From contig CAVPYV010000002.1 of the NCBI GenBank assembly GCA_963710105.1, positions 22,084-86,083 of the forward strand: DNA of 64,000 nucleotides, read 5' to 3'. Shown in pieces: positions 51,274-63,494 of the stretch (its first letter is position 1; every line of letters begins with the position of its first letter). The notes beneath the pieces were generated by a model. That model was not told where the DNA came from and ran no database searches. It saw only the letters and a list, made by a program, of their open reading frames with translations. The stretch is from an uncultured Chloroflexia bacterium. Its GTDB lineage: Bacteria > Chloroflexota > Limnocylindria > Limnocylindrales > CSP1-4. The translations under genes were made by a program, and so were the position numbers.

Positions 51274-52440
51274 ATGGACCACACCGCCGGCCCGATCCTC
51301 GAGATCGGTCTCGTCCTGCTCGGGGCCGTCGTCGCCGGCTGGCTTGCCCGCCGGCTCGGGCTGCCCGCGGTCGTCGGGTACCTGGCCCTCGGCGTGGTCG
51401 TCTCGCCGTTCACCCCCGGCTACGTCGCCGATCGCGAGCAGCTCCAGCTCCTCGCCGATCTCGGCGTCGTGCTGCTCCTGTTCGAGGTCGGGATCGAGGT
51501 CGACCTCCTCCGGATCCGGTCCGAGCAGCGGGGCCTGATCCTGGCCGGGCCGCTCCAGGCGATCATCACGACCGCGATCTCGGCGGCGGCCCTCTACGCC
51601 GCCGGCCTGGATCCGGTCCCGGCCGCGCTCATCGGCCTGTCGATCGCGCTGTCGTCGTCGGTCGTCATCGTCAACATCACGAAGAGCCGGCGACGGACGA
51701 CCGATCGGGTCACGGAGCAGGCCCTCCTCGGCTGGAGCGCCCTCCAGGACACGACCGGGGTCACGATCGCGGCCGTCCTCCTGGCCCTGCTCGGCAGCGC
51801 CGGTCGGCCGCTCGGGGAGGCCGTCGCCGGGATCGCCGCCTTCCTCGTCCTCGCGCTCGCGGTCGCCCGCCTGCTGCCGATCGTCCTGCGCGGCCTGCGG
51901 AGCGAGCACGACCTCTTCCTGATCGTGTCGGTCGCCAGCGGCCTCGCCCTGGCCGGGGTCGGCTCGGAGGTCTTCGGGGTGCCCCTCGCCCTCGCCGCGT
52001 TCGTCGGCGGCCTCGCCGTGACGGAGAGCCCGGAGGCGGCCGAGGCGCGTCGCCGGCTCCTCCCCTTCCGCGACCTCTTCGCTGTCCTCTTCTTCGTCGC
52101 GATCGGGACCCTGATCCAGCCCGACGCCCTCGGCCGCGGCCTCGGCTGGCTCGCCCTGTTCCTCGGCCTGATCGTCGTCGCCAAGGTCGCGGTCGTCTAC
52201 CTGCTCGCCCGCCTCACCCACCTCCCGGCCCGGCCGCTCCAGCTCGCGATCGGGCTGGGCCAGGTCGGCGAGTTCTCCTTCGTCCTCGGCTCGGCGGCGG
52301 TGGCGGCCGAGGCGATCACGAACGACGCCTACGTCGCGCTCGTCGCCGCGGTCGCGCTGAGCATCGCGGCAAGCGCGGTGGTCGTGCGGCTGGCCGGCGA
52401 GCGGCCGGCCGAGGCGGAGCCGGGGGCCGCCCCGGTCTGA
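51274..52440 (+). CDS. Cation:proton antiporter (CPA2 / Kef-type membrane domain)
   Basis: LPAVVGYLALGVVVSPFTPG...LLFEVGIEVD is typical of Na_H_Exchanger/CPA2. Confidence 0.9.
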   Translation: MDHTAGPILEIGLVLLGAVVAGWLARRLGLPAVVGYLALGVVVSPFTPGYVADREQLQLLADLGVVLLLFEVGIEVDLLRIRSEQRGLILAGPLQAIITTAISAAALYAAGLDPVPAALIGLSIALSSSVVIVNITKSRRRTTDRVTEQALLGWSALQDTTGVTIAAVLLALLGSAGRPLGEAVAGIAAFLVLALAVARLLPIVLRGLRSEHDLFLIVSVASGLALAGVGSEVFGVPLALAAFVGGLAVTESPEAAEARRRLLPFRDLFAVLFFVAIGTLIQPDALGRGLGWLALFLGLIVVAKVAVVYLLARLTHLPARPLQLAIGLGQVGEFSFVLGSAAVAAEAITNDAYVALVAAVALSIAASAVVVRLAGERPAEAEPGAAPV

Positions 52441-52476
52441 GTCGGCCGCCGAGGCGGTCTGAGTCGCCGCCGAGGC
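52434..52476. repeat. 22/21-nt tandem duplication containing the antiporter stop codon
   Basis: GGTCTGAGTCGGCCGCCGAGGC / GGTCTGAGTCGCCGCCGAGGC. The TGA at 52438..52440 is the stop. Confidence 0.9.
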
Positions 52477-52575
52477 GGAGCCGCAGGGCGGCGGCAGCGC
52501 GACGGCGCGGGGCCGAACCAGCGCCGGCGGCCCGGGTCGGCCGCGCCGATCTCACCATCAAAGAATCGCAACCTT

Positions 52576-52606
52576 CTTGACAACGTCATTGTCAGGGTTC
52601 TAGCCT
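52576..52606 (+). promoter_or_regulatory. Promoter overlapped by a 7-N7-7 inverted repeat (HAIR-like HspR operator)
   Basis: CTTGACA-ACGTCAT-TGTCAGG (52576..52596). TTGACA doubles as the -35, and TAGCCT lies 18 nt downstream as the -10. Confidence 0.6.
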
Positions 52607-52671
52607 TCCCGTTGTCCACCGGAACGGTCCGGCCGGACGCCATCGCACCATTCACAAGGAGGGTCCACGAA

Positions 52672-53211
52672 GTGACGATCGTGCGCCGTCCCTCGCCGTT
52701 CGGCGAGCTCATGTCGCTCCGCTCGGCGATGGATCGATTGTTCGAGGACAGCTTCGTCCGACGCCCGCTCGGCCCGCTGTTCGACACCACCCACTCCCTG
52801 CCCCTGGACGTGACCCGGACCGCCGACGCGCTGGTCGTCGAGGCCGCCCTGCCGGGGATCAAGCCCGAGGACGTCCAGATCACCGTCGAGGACGGCACGC
52901 TGTCGATCCTCGGCGAGTACCGCGAGCAGCGCCGCGAGGGCGAGGGCGAGAACCTCGTCTCCGAGATCCGCCGCGGGTCGGTCAGCCGGGCGATCAGCCT
53001 GCCGACCGGCCTCGAGCCCGACAAGGCCAGCGCGACCTTCGAGCACGGCATCCTGACCCTGCGCATCCCCAAGGCCGAATCGGTCAAGCCGCGCCAGATC
53101 CGGATCAGCCCGACGGTCGAGGGCAGCACCTCGACGACGGACGCGACGCCGGTCGAGGCGACGACGAATGGCTCGACGCCCGAGCCCGCCACGGCCGGCA
53201 GCCGGGGCTGA
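52672..53211 (+). CDS. Hsp20/alpha-crystallin small heat-shock protein
   Basis: GTG at 52672, 8 nt after AAGGAGGG. The alpha-crystallin domain (LPLDVTRTADALVVEAALPGIKPEDVQITVEDGTLSI...) is followed by a Thr/Ser-rich tail. Confidence 0.9.
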   Translation: MTIVRRPSPFGELMSLRSAMDRLFEDSFVRRPLGPLFDTTHSLPLDVTRTADALVVEAALPGIKPEDVQITVEDGTLSILGEYREQRREGEGENLVSEIRRGSVSRAISLPTGLEPDKASATFEHGILTLRIPKAESVKPRQIRISPTVEGSTSTTDATPVEATTNGSTPEPATAGSRG

Positions 53212-53215
53212 CCGG

Positions 53216-53611
53216 ATGTCCCAGGGCCGGGTCGAGAAGGACCCCCGTCGTCCGGTGTACGTGATCAGCGTGGCCGCCACGCTGGTCGCGGCCCACCCCC
53301 GGACGCTCCGGATCTACGAGGACGAGGGCCTGATCTGCCCGGCCCGGACGCCGACGAACATCCGCCTCTACAGCGACGAGGACATCCGTCGCATCACCTG
53401 GATCCGCCACCTGACCCGCGAGCGCGGGGTCAACCTCGCCGGGATCCGGCTCCTGTTCGAGCTCGAGGAACGGCTGGGGACGCGGATCCTCGAAGCGCTC
53501 TACGCCGAAGGCACCCGCCGCCGGGCGGCCGAATCGGCCGCTGCGGCGGCCGCCGACGAAGCCCCCGTCGCCACCGATCGCCGGAATCCGAACCCGGACG
53601 ATCGGGGATGA
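53216..53611 (+). CDS. hspR: MerR-family heat-shock repressor HspR
   Basis: VYVISVAATLVAAHPRTLRIYEDEGLICPARTPTNIRLYSDEDI...GVNLAGIRLLFELE closely matches the HspR pattern. Confidence 0.85.
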   Translation: MSQGRVEKDPRRPVYVISVAATLVAAHPRTLRIYEDEGLICPARTPTNIRLYSDEDIRRITWIRHLTRERGVNLAGIRLLFELEERLGTRILEALYAEGTRRRAAESAAAAAADEAPVATDRRNPNPDDRG

Positions 53612-53684
53612 CGAACCACAGGAAGCCCTACTTCACGACGGGCCGTGCAGGCCCGATGATCGCGACCCGATCCACAGGAGACCA

Positions 53685-56207
53685 TTGATGGCAAAGCGCC
53701 CGAGCCAAGAGCGGGACGATCAGCCGACGACCCCCATCATCGCGACGCCGAACGGTCCGCGCGAGCTGCCGCTCGTCGCCCTCCGCGAGACCGTCATCTT
53801 CCCGGAGATGATCGTTCCGCTCCAGGTCGGACGCGAGAAGAGCGTCAACGCCCTCAACGCCGCCGTGGCCGAGGGCGGCCCGATCGCCCTCGTCACCCAG
53901 CGCCAGCCGGAGCAGGAGGACATCGAGTCCCCGTCCGAGCTCTACACCGTCGGGACCCTGGCGAAGATCGCCCAGGTCGTCCAGCTCCAGGACGGCACGG
54001 TCCGGGCGATCGTCCAGGGCCAGACCCGCCTCAAGCTGATCGGCTTCGTCGCCAACGAGCCGTACCTCCGGGCGACCGTCGAGGAGCTCCACGACGCCAG
54101 TGGCGCTAGCCTCGAGGTCCAGGCCCTGATGCGGACGGTCCAGGCCCAGATCGAGCAGTACGTCGCGAACGGCGCGCCGGTCCCGCCCGAGGCGGCCGTT
54201 GCCGCCCGCAACATCAGCGAGCCCGGGCTCCTGGCCGACATGGTCGCCTACAGCCCCGACATGAGCACCGAGCAGCGCCAGGAGCTGCTCGAGACGGTCG
54301 ACGTGACCGAGCGCCTCAAGCTCGTCAGCAACTTCCTGGCCCGCCAGATCGAGATCCTCGAGCTCAAGGGGCGGATCCAGTCCGAGGTCAAGTCCGAGAT
54401 GGACAAGACCCAGCGCGAGTACATCCTCCGCGAGCAGCTCAAGGCGATCCAGCGCGAGCTGGGCGAGGACGACCCGCAGCAGGCCGAGATCAACGAGCTT
54501 CGCGACAAGGTCGAGTCCGCCGGCATGCCGGAGGAGATCAAGGCCCGGGCGATCAAGGAGATCGACCGGATGAGCCGGATCCCGTCCGCCTCGCCGGAGG
54601 TCGGCGTGATCCGGACCTACGTCGACTGGCTCGTCGGCCTGCCGTGGAACGTCGCGACCGACGACCAGCTCGACATCAAGGCCGCCGCCAAGATCCTCGA
54701 CGAGGACCACTACGGCCTCGAGAAGATCAAGGAGCGGATCCTCGAGTACCTCGCGGTCCGGACCCTCGCCGACCAGATCCGCAGCCCGATCCTCGCCTTC
54801 GTCGGCCCGCCCGGCGTCGGCAAGACCTCGCTCGGCAAGAGCATCGCCCGGGCGATGGGCCGCAAGTTCGTCCGGATGAGCCTCGGCGGAATCCACGACG
54901 AGGCGGAGATCCGCGGCCACCGCCGGACCTACATCGGCGCCCTGCCCGGCCGGATCATCCAGAACATCAAGACGGCGGGATCCAACAACCCGGTCTTCAT
55001 GCTCGACGAGGTCGACAAGATCGGGATGGACTTCCGGGGCGACCCCTCGTCGGCCCTCCTCGAGGTCCTCGATCCCGAGCAGAACAACACGTTCCAGGAC
55101 AACTACCTCGAGGTGCCCTTCGACCTCTCGAAGGTGCTCTTCGTGGCGACGGCCAACCTGCTCGATCCGATCCCGGCCGCCCTCCGCGACCGGATGGAGA
55201 TCGTCCAGCTGCCGGGCTACACCGAGCAGGAGAAGATCGAGATCGGGAAGCGCTTCCTCATCCCCAAGCAGATGAAGAACCACGGCCTGACCGACAAGCA
55301 CATCGTCATCCCCGACCCGACGATGGTCGAGCTCGTCCGCTCCTACACCCACGAGGCCGGCGTCCGGAACCTCGAGCGCGAGCTGGCGAACGTCATGCGC
55401 AAGGTCGCCCGGACCGTGGCCGAGGGCCGCAAGCGCAAGACGGTCATCGACCTGAAGAAGCTCGCCGAGTACCTCGGCCCGCCGCGCTACGAGTACGGCG
55501 AGCTCGAGGCCGAGGACCAGACGGGCTCGGCGACGGGCCTCGTCGTGACCGAGGTCGGCGGCGACGTCGTCGCGATCGAGGTCACGAAGATGGAGGGCCG
55601 CGAGGACTTCATCCTCACCGGCCAGCTCGGCGAGGTCATGCGCGAGTCGGCCCGGGCCGGCCTGTCGTGGACGCGAGCCCACGCCACCGAGCTCGGCATC
55701 TCGCGCGAGGTGTTCGAGAAGAACACCCTCCACATCCACGTCCCCGCCGGCGGGATCCCAAAGGACGGCCCGTCGGCCGGGATCACGATGGCCCTCGCGA
55801 TCGTCAGCGCGCTGACCGGCATCCCGGTCCGCAAGGACGTCGCGATGACCGGCGAGATCACCCTCCGCGGTCGGGTCCTCCCGATCGGCGGGCTGAAGAG
55901 CAAGATCCTGGCCGCCCATCTGGCCGGGGCGAAGATGGTGATCCTGCCGCGCAAGAACGAGAAGGACCTGCGGGACATCCCCGACGAGATCCGCAAGTCC
56001 ATGAAGCTGGTCCTGGTCGATTCCATGGACCAGGTCCTCGAGACGGCCCTCCGGCGCAAGCCGAAGGCGCTCGTCGTCGAGGAGCCGGCCAAGGTCGTCA
56101 AGCCCGGCGACACGCCGAGCGACAGCCCAGAGCGCGAGGACCGCGTGCGCCGCACGACGTTCCCGCCCTCGGACCAGCCCCCGGTCGTCGTCGACCGGCA
56201 GCAGTAG
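53685..56207 (+). CDS. lon: ATP-dependent Lon protease (LonA)
   Basis: LON N-domain, Walker [10 protein letters not shown], protease motif [11 protein letters not shown] with a downstream Lys. Confidence 0.95.
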   Translation: MMAKRPSQERDDQPTTPIIATPNGPRELPLVALRETVIFPEMIVPLQVGREKSVNALNAAVAEGGPIALVTQRQPEQEDIESPSELYTVGTLAKIAQVVQLQDGTVRAIVQGQTRLKLIGFVANEPYLRATVEELHDASGASLEVQALMRTVQAQIEQYVANGAPVPPEAAVAARNISEPGLLADMVAYSPDMSTEQRQELLETVDVTERLKLVSNFLARQIEILELKGRIQSEVKSEMDKTQREYILREQLKAIQRELGEDDPQQAEINELRDKVESAGMPEEIKARAIKEIDRMSRIPSASPEVGVIRTYVDWLVGLPWNVATDDQLDIKAAAKILDEDHYGLEKIKERILEYLAVRTLADQIRSPILAFVGPPGVGKTSLGKSIARAMGRKFVRMSLGGIHDEAEIRGHRRTYIGALPGRIIQNIKTAGSNNPVFMLDEVDKIGMDFRGDPSSALLEVLDPEQNNTFQDNYLEVPFDLSKVLFVATANLLDPIPAALRDRMEIVQLPGYTEQEKIEIGKRFLIPKQMKNHGLTDKHIVIPDPTMVELVRSYTHEAGVRNLERELANVMRKVARTVAEGRKRKTVIDLKKLAEYLGPPRYEYGELEAEDQTGSATGLVVTEVGGDVVAIEVTKMEGREDFILTGQLGEVMRESARAGLSWTRAHATELGISREVFEKNTLHIHVPAGGIPKDGPSAGITMALAIVSALTGIPVRKDVAMTGEITLRGRVLPIGGLKSKILAAHLAGAKMVILPRKNEKDLRDIPDEIRKSMKLVLVDSMDQVLETALRRKPKALVVEEPAKVVKPGDTPSDSPEREDRVRRTTFPPSDQPPVVVDRQQ

Positions 56208-56220
56208 GCGCCGCAGCGAC

Positions 56221-56252
56221 GAGGCCGGTGATCGCATCCGATCACCGGCCTC
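56221..56252 (+). terminator. Perfect 14-bp stem hairpin after lon
   Basis: GAGGCCGGTGATCG-CATC-CGATCACCGGCCTC, starting 14 nt after the stop. Confidence 0.65.
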
Positions 56253-56305
56253 GCGCGATCCACGGCCGGCAGACCGCCGGCCGCCACTGAGGATCGCTGC
56301 CAACG

Positions 56306-57391
56306 ATGGAATACCAGGACTACTACCAGACGCTCGGGGTCCCGCGGACGGCGAGCCAGGCCGAGATCAAGAAGGCCTTCCGCAAGCTCGCCCGCGAGAA
56401 CCACCCGGACAAGAAGCCCGGCGACAAGGCCGCCGAGCAGCGCTTCAAGGCGGTCAACGAGGCCAACGCGGTCCTGTCCGACGCCGACAAGCGCAAGAAG
56501 TACGACCGACTCGGCAAGGACTGGGAGGCCTACTCCCGGGCCGGGGTCGATCCCGACGCGGCCGGCCCGTTCGCCGCCGGCAGCCCGTACGGCGGCTTCG
56601 GGCGGGGCGGCGGCGGCGGCGCGGGCAACGTCCGCTACGAGTTTCGGACCTCCGGTGGTGGCGGCGGCGACTTCTCCGACTTCTTCCGGACGTTCTTCAG
56701 CGGCGACGCGGGACCGGCGCCCGGCGGCGCGGGACGGGGCGCCCGGCGTGGCGCGGCGGCCGGCCCGTCGTTCGAGGACATCCTGTCCGAGATGGGCCTG
56801 AACAGCGCCGACGGAGCGGCGAGCCCGCCCGGAGCGGCGCGGACCGCGTCAGCCGGGCGGGCGGGCCAGACCGCGGTCGGCCGGGCCACCGCCGAGGCCG
56901 TCGCCGAGATCGGGCTCGAGGAGGCGTTCCACGGCACGACCCGCCGGGTCGAGATCGACGGCCGGCGGCTCGACCTCACGATCCCCCGCGGCGCCGACAC
57001 CGGGACGAAGATCAAGCTGTCCGGCCAGGGCCCGCAGGGCGGCGACCTCGTCGTCACGACGCGCGTCCGGCCCCACCCCGTCTTCACCCGCAAGGGCGCC
57101 GACCTGGAGCGCGAGCTGCCGATCACCCTCGGCGAGGCGCTCCTCGGCGGCGAGGTCCCGGTCACGACCCTCAAGGGCAAGGTCCTGCTGCGGATCCCGG
57201 CCGGAACCCAGAACGGCCACCGCTTCCGGCTCCGCGGGCAGGGCATGCCCCACCTCCGCGCCGACGGGGCCGGCGACCTCTACGCGAAGGCGCGAGTCGT
57301 CCTCCCCACCAAGCTCGACGACGAGGCCGCGGCCAGGGCGCAGGCGTTCCTCGACGCGGTCGACCAGCCCGACCCCCGAACGACCACCTGA
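56306..57391 (+). CDS. cbpA: J-domain co-chaperone lacking the zinc-finger domain (CbpA / class B DnaJ type)
   Basis: J domain with HPD (DYYQTLGV...ENHPDK), a G/F-rich region and C-terminal substrate-binding domains. No CxxCxGxG repeats. Confidence 0.9.
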   Translation: MEYQDYYQTLGVPRTASQAEIKKAFRKLARENHPDKKPGDKAAEQRFKAVNEANAVLSDADKRKKYDRLGKDWEAYSRAGVDPDAAGPFAAGSPYGGFGRGGGGGAGNVRYEFRTSGGGGGDFSDFFRTFFSGDAGPAPGGAGRGARRGAAAGPSFEDILSEMGLNSADGAASPPGAARTASAGRAGQTAVGRATAEAVAEIGLEEAFHGTTRRVEIDGRRLDLTIPRGADTGTKIKLSGQGPQGGDLVVTTRVRPHPVFTRKGADLERELPITLGEALLGGEVPVTTLKGKVLLRIPAGTQNGHRFRLRGQGMPHLRADGAGDLYAKARVVLPTKLDDEAAARAQAFLDAVDQPDPRTTT

Positions 57392-57444
57392 CCCCCGCCA
57401 TCCCGACCGGCGGCACAGCCGCCCCCGACCCCGGAGACCACGCC

Positions 57445-60222
<2,778 letters not shown>

Positions 60223-60268
60223 CGGCTCCCCCGTGGGCGGCTCGGTGGGCGGCCGCTCGGGGCCGTCG

Positions 60269-60904
60269 ATGAGGTACGCCGACGCGGTCGAGCGGCTGAC
60301 GGTCCTGCCGTCGCCCCTGCCCGCCGGTCGGGTCGACCTCACCCCGGTCTTCACCGACGGCCGCCTCCGTCCCCGCCTGACCCCGACGCCAACGGCCCGG
60401 CCCGCCGCCGTCCTGGCGCTCATCTTCCCCGGCCCGGGCGGCGAGGCGCGGATCGTCCTGACCGAGCGCCACAGCTACGACGGCCACCACAGCGGCGAGG
60501 TCAGCCTGCCCGGCGGCAAGGCCGAGCCCGAAGACGCCGACGCGACGGCCACCGCCCTCCGCGAGGCGGCCGAGGAGGTCGGGCTCGACCCGCGCACCGC
60601 CGGCGTCCGGGTCGCGGGCGCGCTCGACGACGTCTTCATTCCGGTCAGCGACTTCCGGATCACCCCGATCGTCGCCGTCGCCGAGCGGTCGCCCCTCCTC
60701 CAGCCCGACCCGGCCGAGGTCGCCCGGATCCTCACCCCGCCGATCGCCGCGTTCCTGCCCGGTGCCGCCGTCGAGGTCGTGGAGCGCACGATCGGCGACT
60801 GGCCGATCCGCTACGGCGGCTACCGGGTCGACGGGCTCCACGTGTGGGGCGCGACCGCGCGAATCCTCGGCCAGCTCGGGGCGATCCTCGGCGGGGACGC
60901 CTAG
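60269..60904 (+). CDS. Nudix hydrolase (CoA pyrophosphatase-like)
   Basis: Nudix box GGKAEPEDADATATALREAAEEVGL. ATG at 60269. Confidence 0.85.
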   Translation: MRYADAVERLTVLPSPLPAGRVDLTPVFTDGRLRPRLTPTPTARPAAVLALIFPGPGGEARIVLTERHSYDGHHSGEVSLPGGKAEPEDADATATALREAAEEVGLDPRTAGVRVAGALDDVFIPVSDFRITPIVAVAERSPLLQPDPAEVARILTPPIAAFLPGAAVEVVERTIGDWPIRYGGYRVDGLHVWGATARILGQLGAILGGDA

Positions 60905-60965
60905 CGGCCCCGATTCGGCGCTGCGTGCCCCCGTCAGGGGCGCGCGCCGAACGCCCCGCGTCCGG

Positions 60966-60999
60966 GCATCACGGCCCGGCGGGCGTCACGGCTCGGCCG
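60966..60999. repeat. 17-nt imperfect tandem duplication containing the MFS stop codon
   Basis: GCATCACGGCCCGGCGG / GCGTCACGGCTCGGCCG (14 of 17 identical). The TCA at 60986..60988 is the stop of the minus-strand MFS gene. Confidence 0.7.
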
Positions 61000-62227
61000 T
61001 CGGCCCGCGACCCAGGGCCGGCAGCCGCAGGCCGATCGCGCCCGGGATCGCCACGAGCGCGGCGGCGACCGCGATCGCGGGGATCGGGTCGCCGCCGGCC
61101 AGCAGGATCCCGCCGAGGATGGCGCCGAGCGGGGTCGTCGACTGCATGAGGGTCCGCAGGAGGGCGAACACGCGGCCGCGCATCTCCGGCGGGATCAGGC
61201 GCATCCGGATCGTCTGGGCCCACGGCGTCAGCGACGACTCCAGGACGCCGGAGATCGCAAGGATCGCGAGGGTCGCGCCGAACCCCGGCCGGGCGAGGAG
61301 CAGCCCGAGGGCGACGCCGGTGGCGAGCGTGGCGGCCGCGATCGAGCGACCGAGCGGCCACCGCCAGCGGATCGCCCCGACGCCGATCAACCCGACGAGC
61401 GAGCCCGCCGTGAGGGCGCTGAGCAGCGCGCCGTAGGTCGTCGCGTCCCCGCCGAGCACGTCGCGGGCGTAGACCGGGGCGAGGACCGTGAAGATCCCGC
61501 CGCTGAGGTTGAGGCCCATGTACATCACGGTGATCGCGACGATCGCCGGCGCGCCGAGCACGAAGCGGAGGGCCGGGCCGAGACCGCCCGGGCGAGGCGC
61601 GGCCGTCGCAGGGGCCCCGCCGGTCGTCGCGTCGTCGGGGTCGGGCGCTGCCCGCCGCATCGCCAGCAGGCAGACGACGAACACCGCATACGTGACGGCA
61701 TCGATCGCGAGGGCCACCGGCGCGCTGAAGATGGCGATCACCACGCCGGCCATCGCCGGGCCGACGAGCCCGGCGATCCCGTACGAGATCGACTCCATCG
61801 CGTTCGCGGTGGTGAGCTCGTCGCCGTCGACGAGGGCCGGGATCATGCTCGGGATGCCGGCCACGCTCGTCATGTAGAGGAGCCCGTAGACCGCGGCGAC
61901 CACGAAGAGCTGGGGCGTGCCGAGGACGCCGAGCGCCGCCGCCACCGGGACGCTCCCGATCGCCACGCCCCGGATCAGGTTGTCGGCGGCCAGCACCCGG
62001 CGCCGATCGAAGCGGTCCAGGATGACGCCCGCGACGAGGCCGCCGACGACGACCGGGGCGGTGTAGGCGGCCGCCAGCCAGCCGACCGCCGCGGCGTCGC
62101 CGCCGCGCTCGAGGATCAGCCAGACGAGGGCGACGAACGACATGCCGTCGCCCAGCGCCGACACCGTCGCGCCGCCCCACAGCAGGGCGTAGTCGCGACG
62201 CCGGAGGAGCTGGAGGTAGCGGCTCAT
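60986..62227 (-). CDS. MFS transporter (EntS/DUF894-like)
   Basis: 12 TM segments. N-terminal FRRLWGGxxxSxxGD-like motif (YALLWGGATVSALGDGM). Confidence 0.9.
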   Translation of the reverse strand: MSRYLQLLRRRDYALLWGGATVSALGDGMSFVALVWLILERGGDAAAVGWLAAAYTAPVVVGGLVAGVILDRFDRRRVLAADNLIRGVAIGSVPVAAALGVLGTPQLFVVAAVYGLLYMTSVAGIPSMIPALVDGDELTTANAMESISYGIAGLVGPAMAGVVIAIFSAPVALAIDAVTYAVFVVCLLAMRRAAPDPDDATTGGAPATAAPRPGGLGPALRFVLGAPAIVAITVMYMGLNLSGGIFTVLAPVYARDVLGGDATTYGALLSALTAGSLVGLIGVGAIRWRWPLGRSIAAATLATGVALGLLLARPGFGATLAILAISGVLESSLTPWAQTIRMRLIPPEMRGRVFALLRTLMQSTTPLGAILGGILLAGGDPIPAIAVAAALVAIPGAIGLRLPALGRGPTAEP

Positions 62228-62309
62228 GGAGCCACGCTACCCGGGCCGACGGCGGAACATGTCATGTTGGCGCAGACGGCGCGCGCGTCCGCCGGGCAGT
62301 CACCGCCCG

Positions 62310-62786
62310 TCAGTGGGGCTCGCCCGCGTCGGGATCGCGCGGCGGCGGACGGTCCGGGCCCGTCAACGTGCCCTCGCCGCGGCTGACGACCCGCGGCCCG
62401 GGCCCGATCTCGGCCGCGGCGCGGGCCTCGAGGATCCCCCGGAACATCGTGTCGTCGGGCCCCGCCAGCTCGACGACGAAGGCCCGCATGTGGCCGCGGT
62501 CCGCCCAGGCGCCGTGGGGTACGCCGGGCGGCCACAGGACGGCCTCCCCGGCGGCGACCCGGAGGCGCTCGTCGTCGACGACGACCCAGCCGCCGCCCTC
62601 GATGACGATGAACCACGTCGTGTTCGGGTTCGTGTGCGGCTCGATCCGCCCGTTCCGGGCGAACGCCAGCTCGCTGATCACGCCGCGGGCGTCGCTGTGG
62701 ATGACCTGGCCGCTGACCCCGCTCGTCCCCGGCGGGCCGTCCGGCCGGCGATGGCCGACCCCGAAGCGGCGGACCTCGATCGGCAT
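62310..62786 (-). CDS. Cupin-domain protein
   Basis: RIEPHTNPNTTWFIVIEGGG ... LWPPGVPHGAWA cupin motifs. Confidence 0.75.
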   Translation of the reverse strand: MPIEVRRFGVGHRRPDGPPGTSGVSGQVIHSDARGVISELAFARNGRIEPHTNPNTTWFIVIEGGGWVVVDDERLRVAAGEAVLWPPGVPHGAWADRGHMRAFVVELAGPDDTMFRGILEARAAAEIGPGPRVVSRGEGTLTGPDRPPPRDPDAGEPH

Positions 62787-62826
62787 CGGCCGCGTCTCTT
62801 CCGCGCTGCCCGGCCGGAACCCGGGC

Positions 62827-63312
62827 CTAGCGCCGGCGCCGGCCGCGGTTCGAGCGCGCCCGCTGGCCGCTCGGCCGACCGCCGCCCGCCTTGGCGGCCT
62901 TGGCGCTCTTCGGGCGGATCGTCGACTCGGGATGGGCGAACTTCGAGCGCGTGAAGTAGCGCTGCTTGGCCAGCTTCTGCTCGTAGACCTCGAAGACCGG
63001 CGGGAAGCGCACGAAGCGGACCCAGACCATGACCGCCAGGCCCGTGATGAGGATCACGAGCAGGACGATGAGGTAGAAGTTGAAGACCGCCGCGACGAGG
63101 ATCAGGCCGAACAGGCTGATCCCGGTCCACAGCAGCCACTCGTACATGTCGAGATACGGCGCGTGGCGGTGGAGGGCCCGGGTCCGGACGTTGTAGAGGA
63201 GGACGAGGGCGACGAGCAGGCCGAGTGTCGCCACCCATGTCGTCGTGTACAGGTCCGGGAACGTGTGCGAGCTGAACCGGGTGAAGAGGTATTCCCAGGG
63301 AAGCAGCCGCAC
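62827..63312 (-). CDS. Hypothetical 3-TM membrane protein with basic C-terminal tail
   Basis: GTG at 63312, 6 nt after GAGG. Three hydrophobic helices, then a Lys/Arg-rich tail. The upstream part of ORF 62827..63561 looks non-coding. Confidence 0.5.
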   Translation of the reverse strand: MRLLPWEYLFTRFSSHTFPDLYTTTWVATLGLLVALVLLYNVRTRALHRHAPYLDMYEWLLWTGISLFGLILVAAVFNFYLIVLLVILITGLAVMVWVRFVRFPPVFEVYEQKLAKQRYFTRSKFAHPESTIRPKSAKAAKAGGGRPSGQRARSNRGRRRR

Positions 63313-63494
63313 CGTCAACCTCGCACGTCGGGGCACCCGATCCGACCGGCAAACCGCCTGGCGGACGCCGCTCGGTGCGGCGCCGGGGGCGCCGCTGACG
63401 ACGGAGTATGCCACGCCCCGCGCTATACTCGGCTGGCCAGTCGAGCGTGCGCGTCCCGCGGCGAAGATCCCGCGTCGGAGGAGGAGTTGTCCGG

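Noticed and set aside
52597-52671. An RNA thermometer in the hsp20 5-prime UTR, with CCUUCC at 52605..52610 pairing with the AAGGAGGG Shine-Dalgarno sequence.
   Set aside because: Only about 5 contiguous pairs, including a G-U pair, separated by ~45 nt. I could not build a ROSE- or fourU-like structure by eye. This is too weak to report.
63313-63494. A ZTP (pfl) riboswitch upstream of purH, prompted by a CCGCCTGGC string at 63353..63361.
   Set aside because: The 5-prime subdomain consensus (GGGUCGUGAC.GGCG...CCGGG.GGA) is not present upstream of that string. A TATACT -10-like box at 63424..63429 would start transcription downstream of it. A cmsearch with the pfl model would settle the question.
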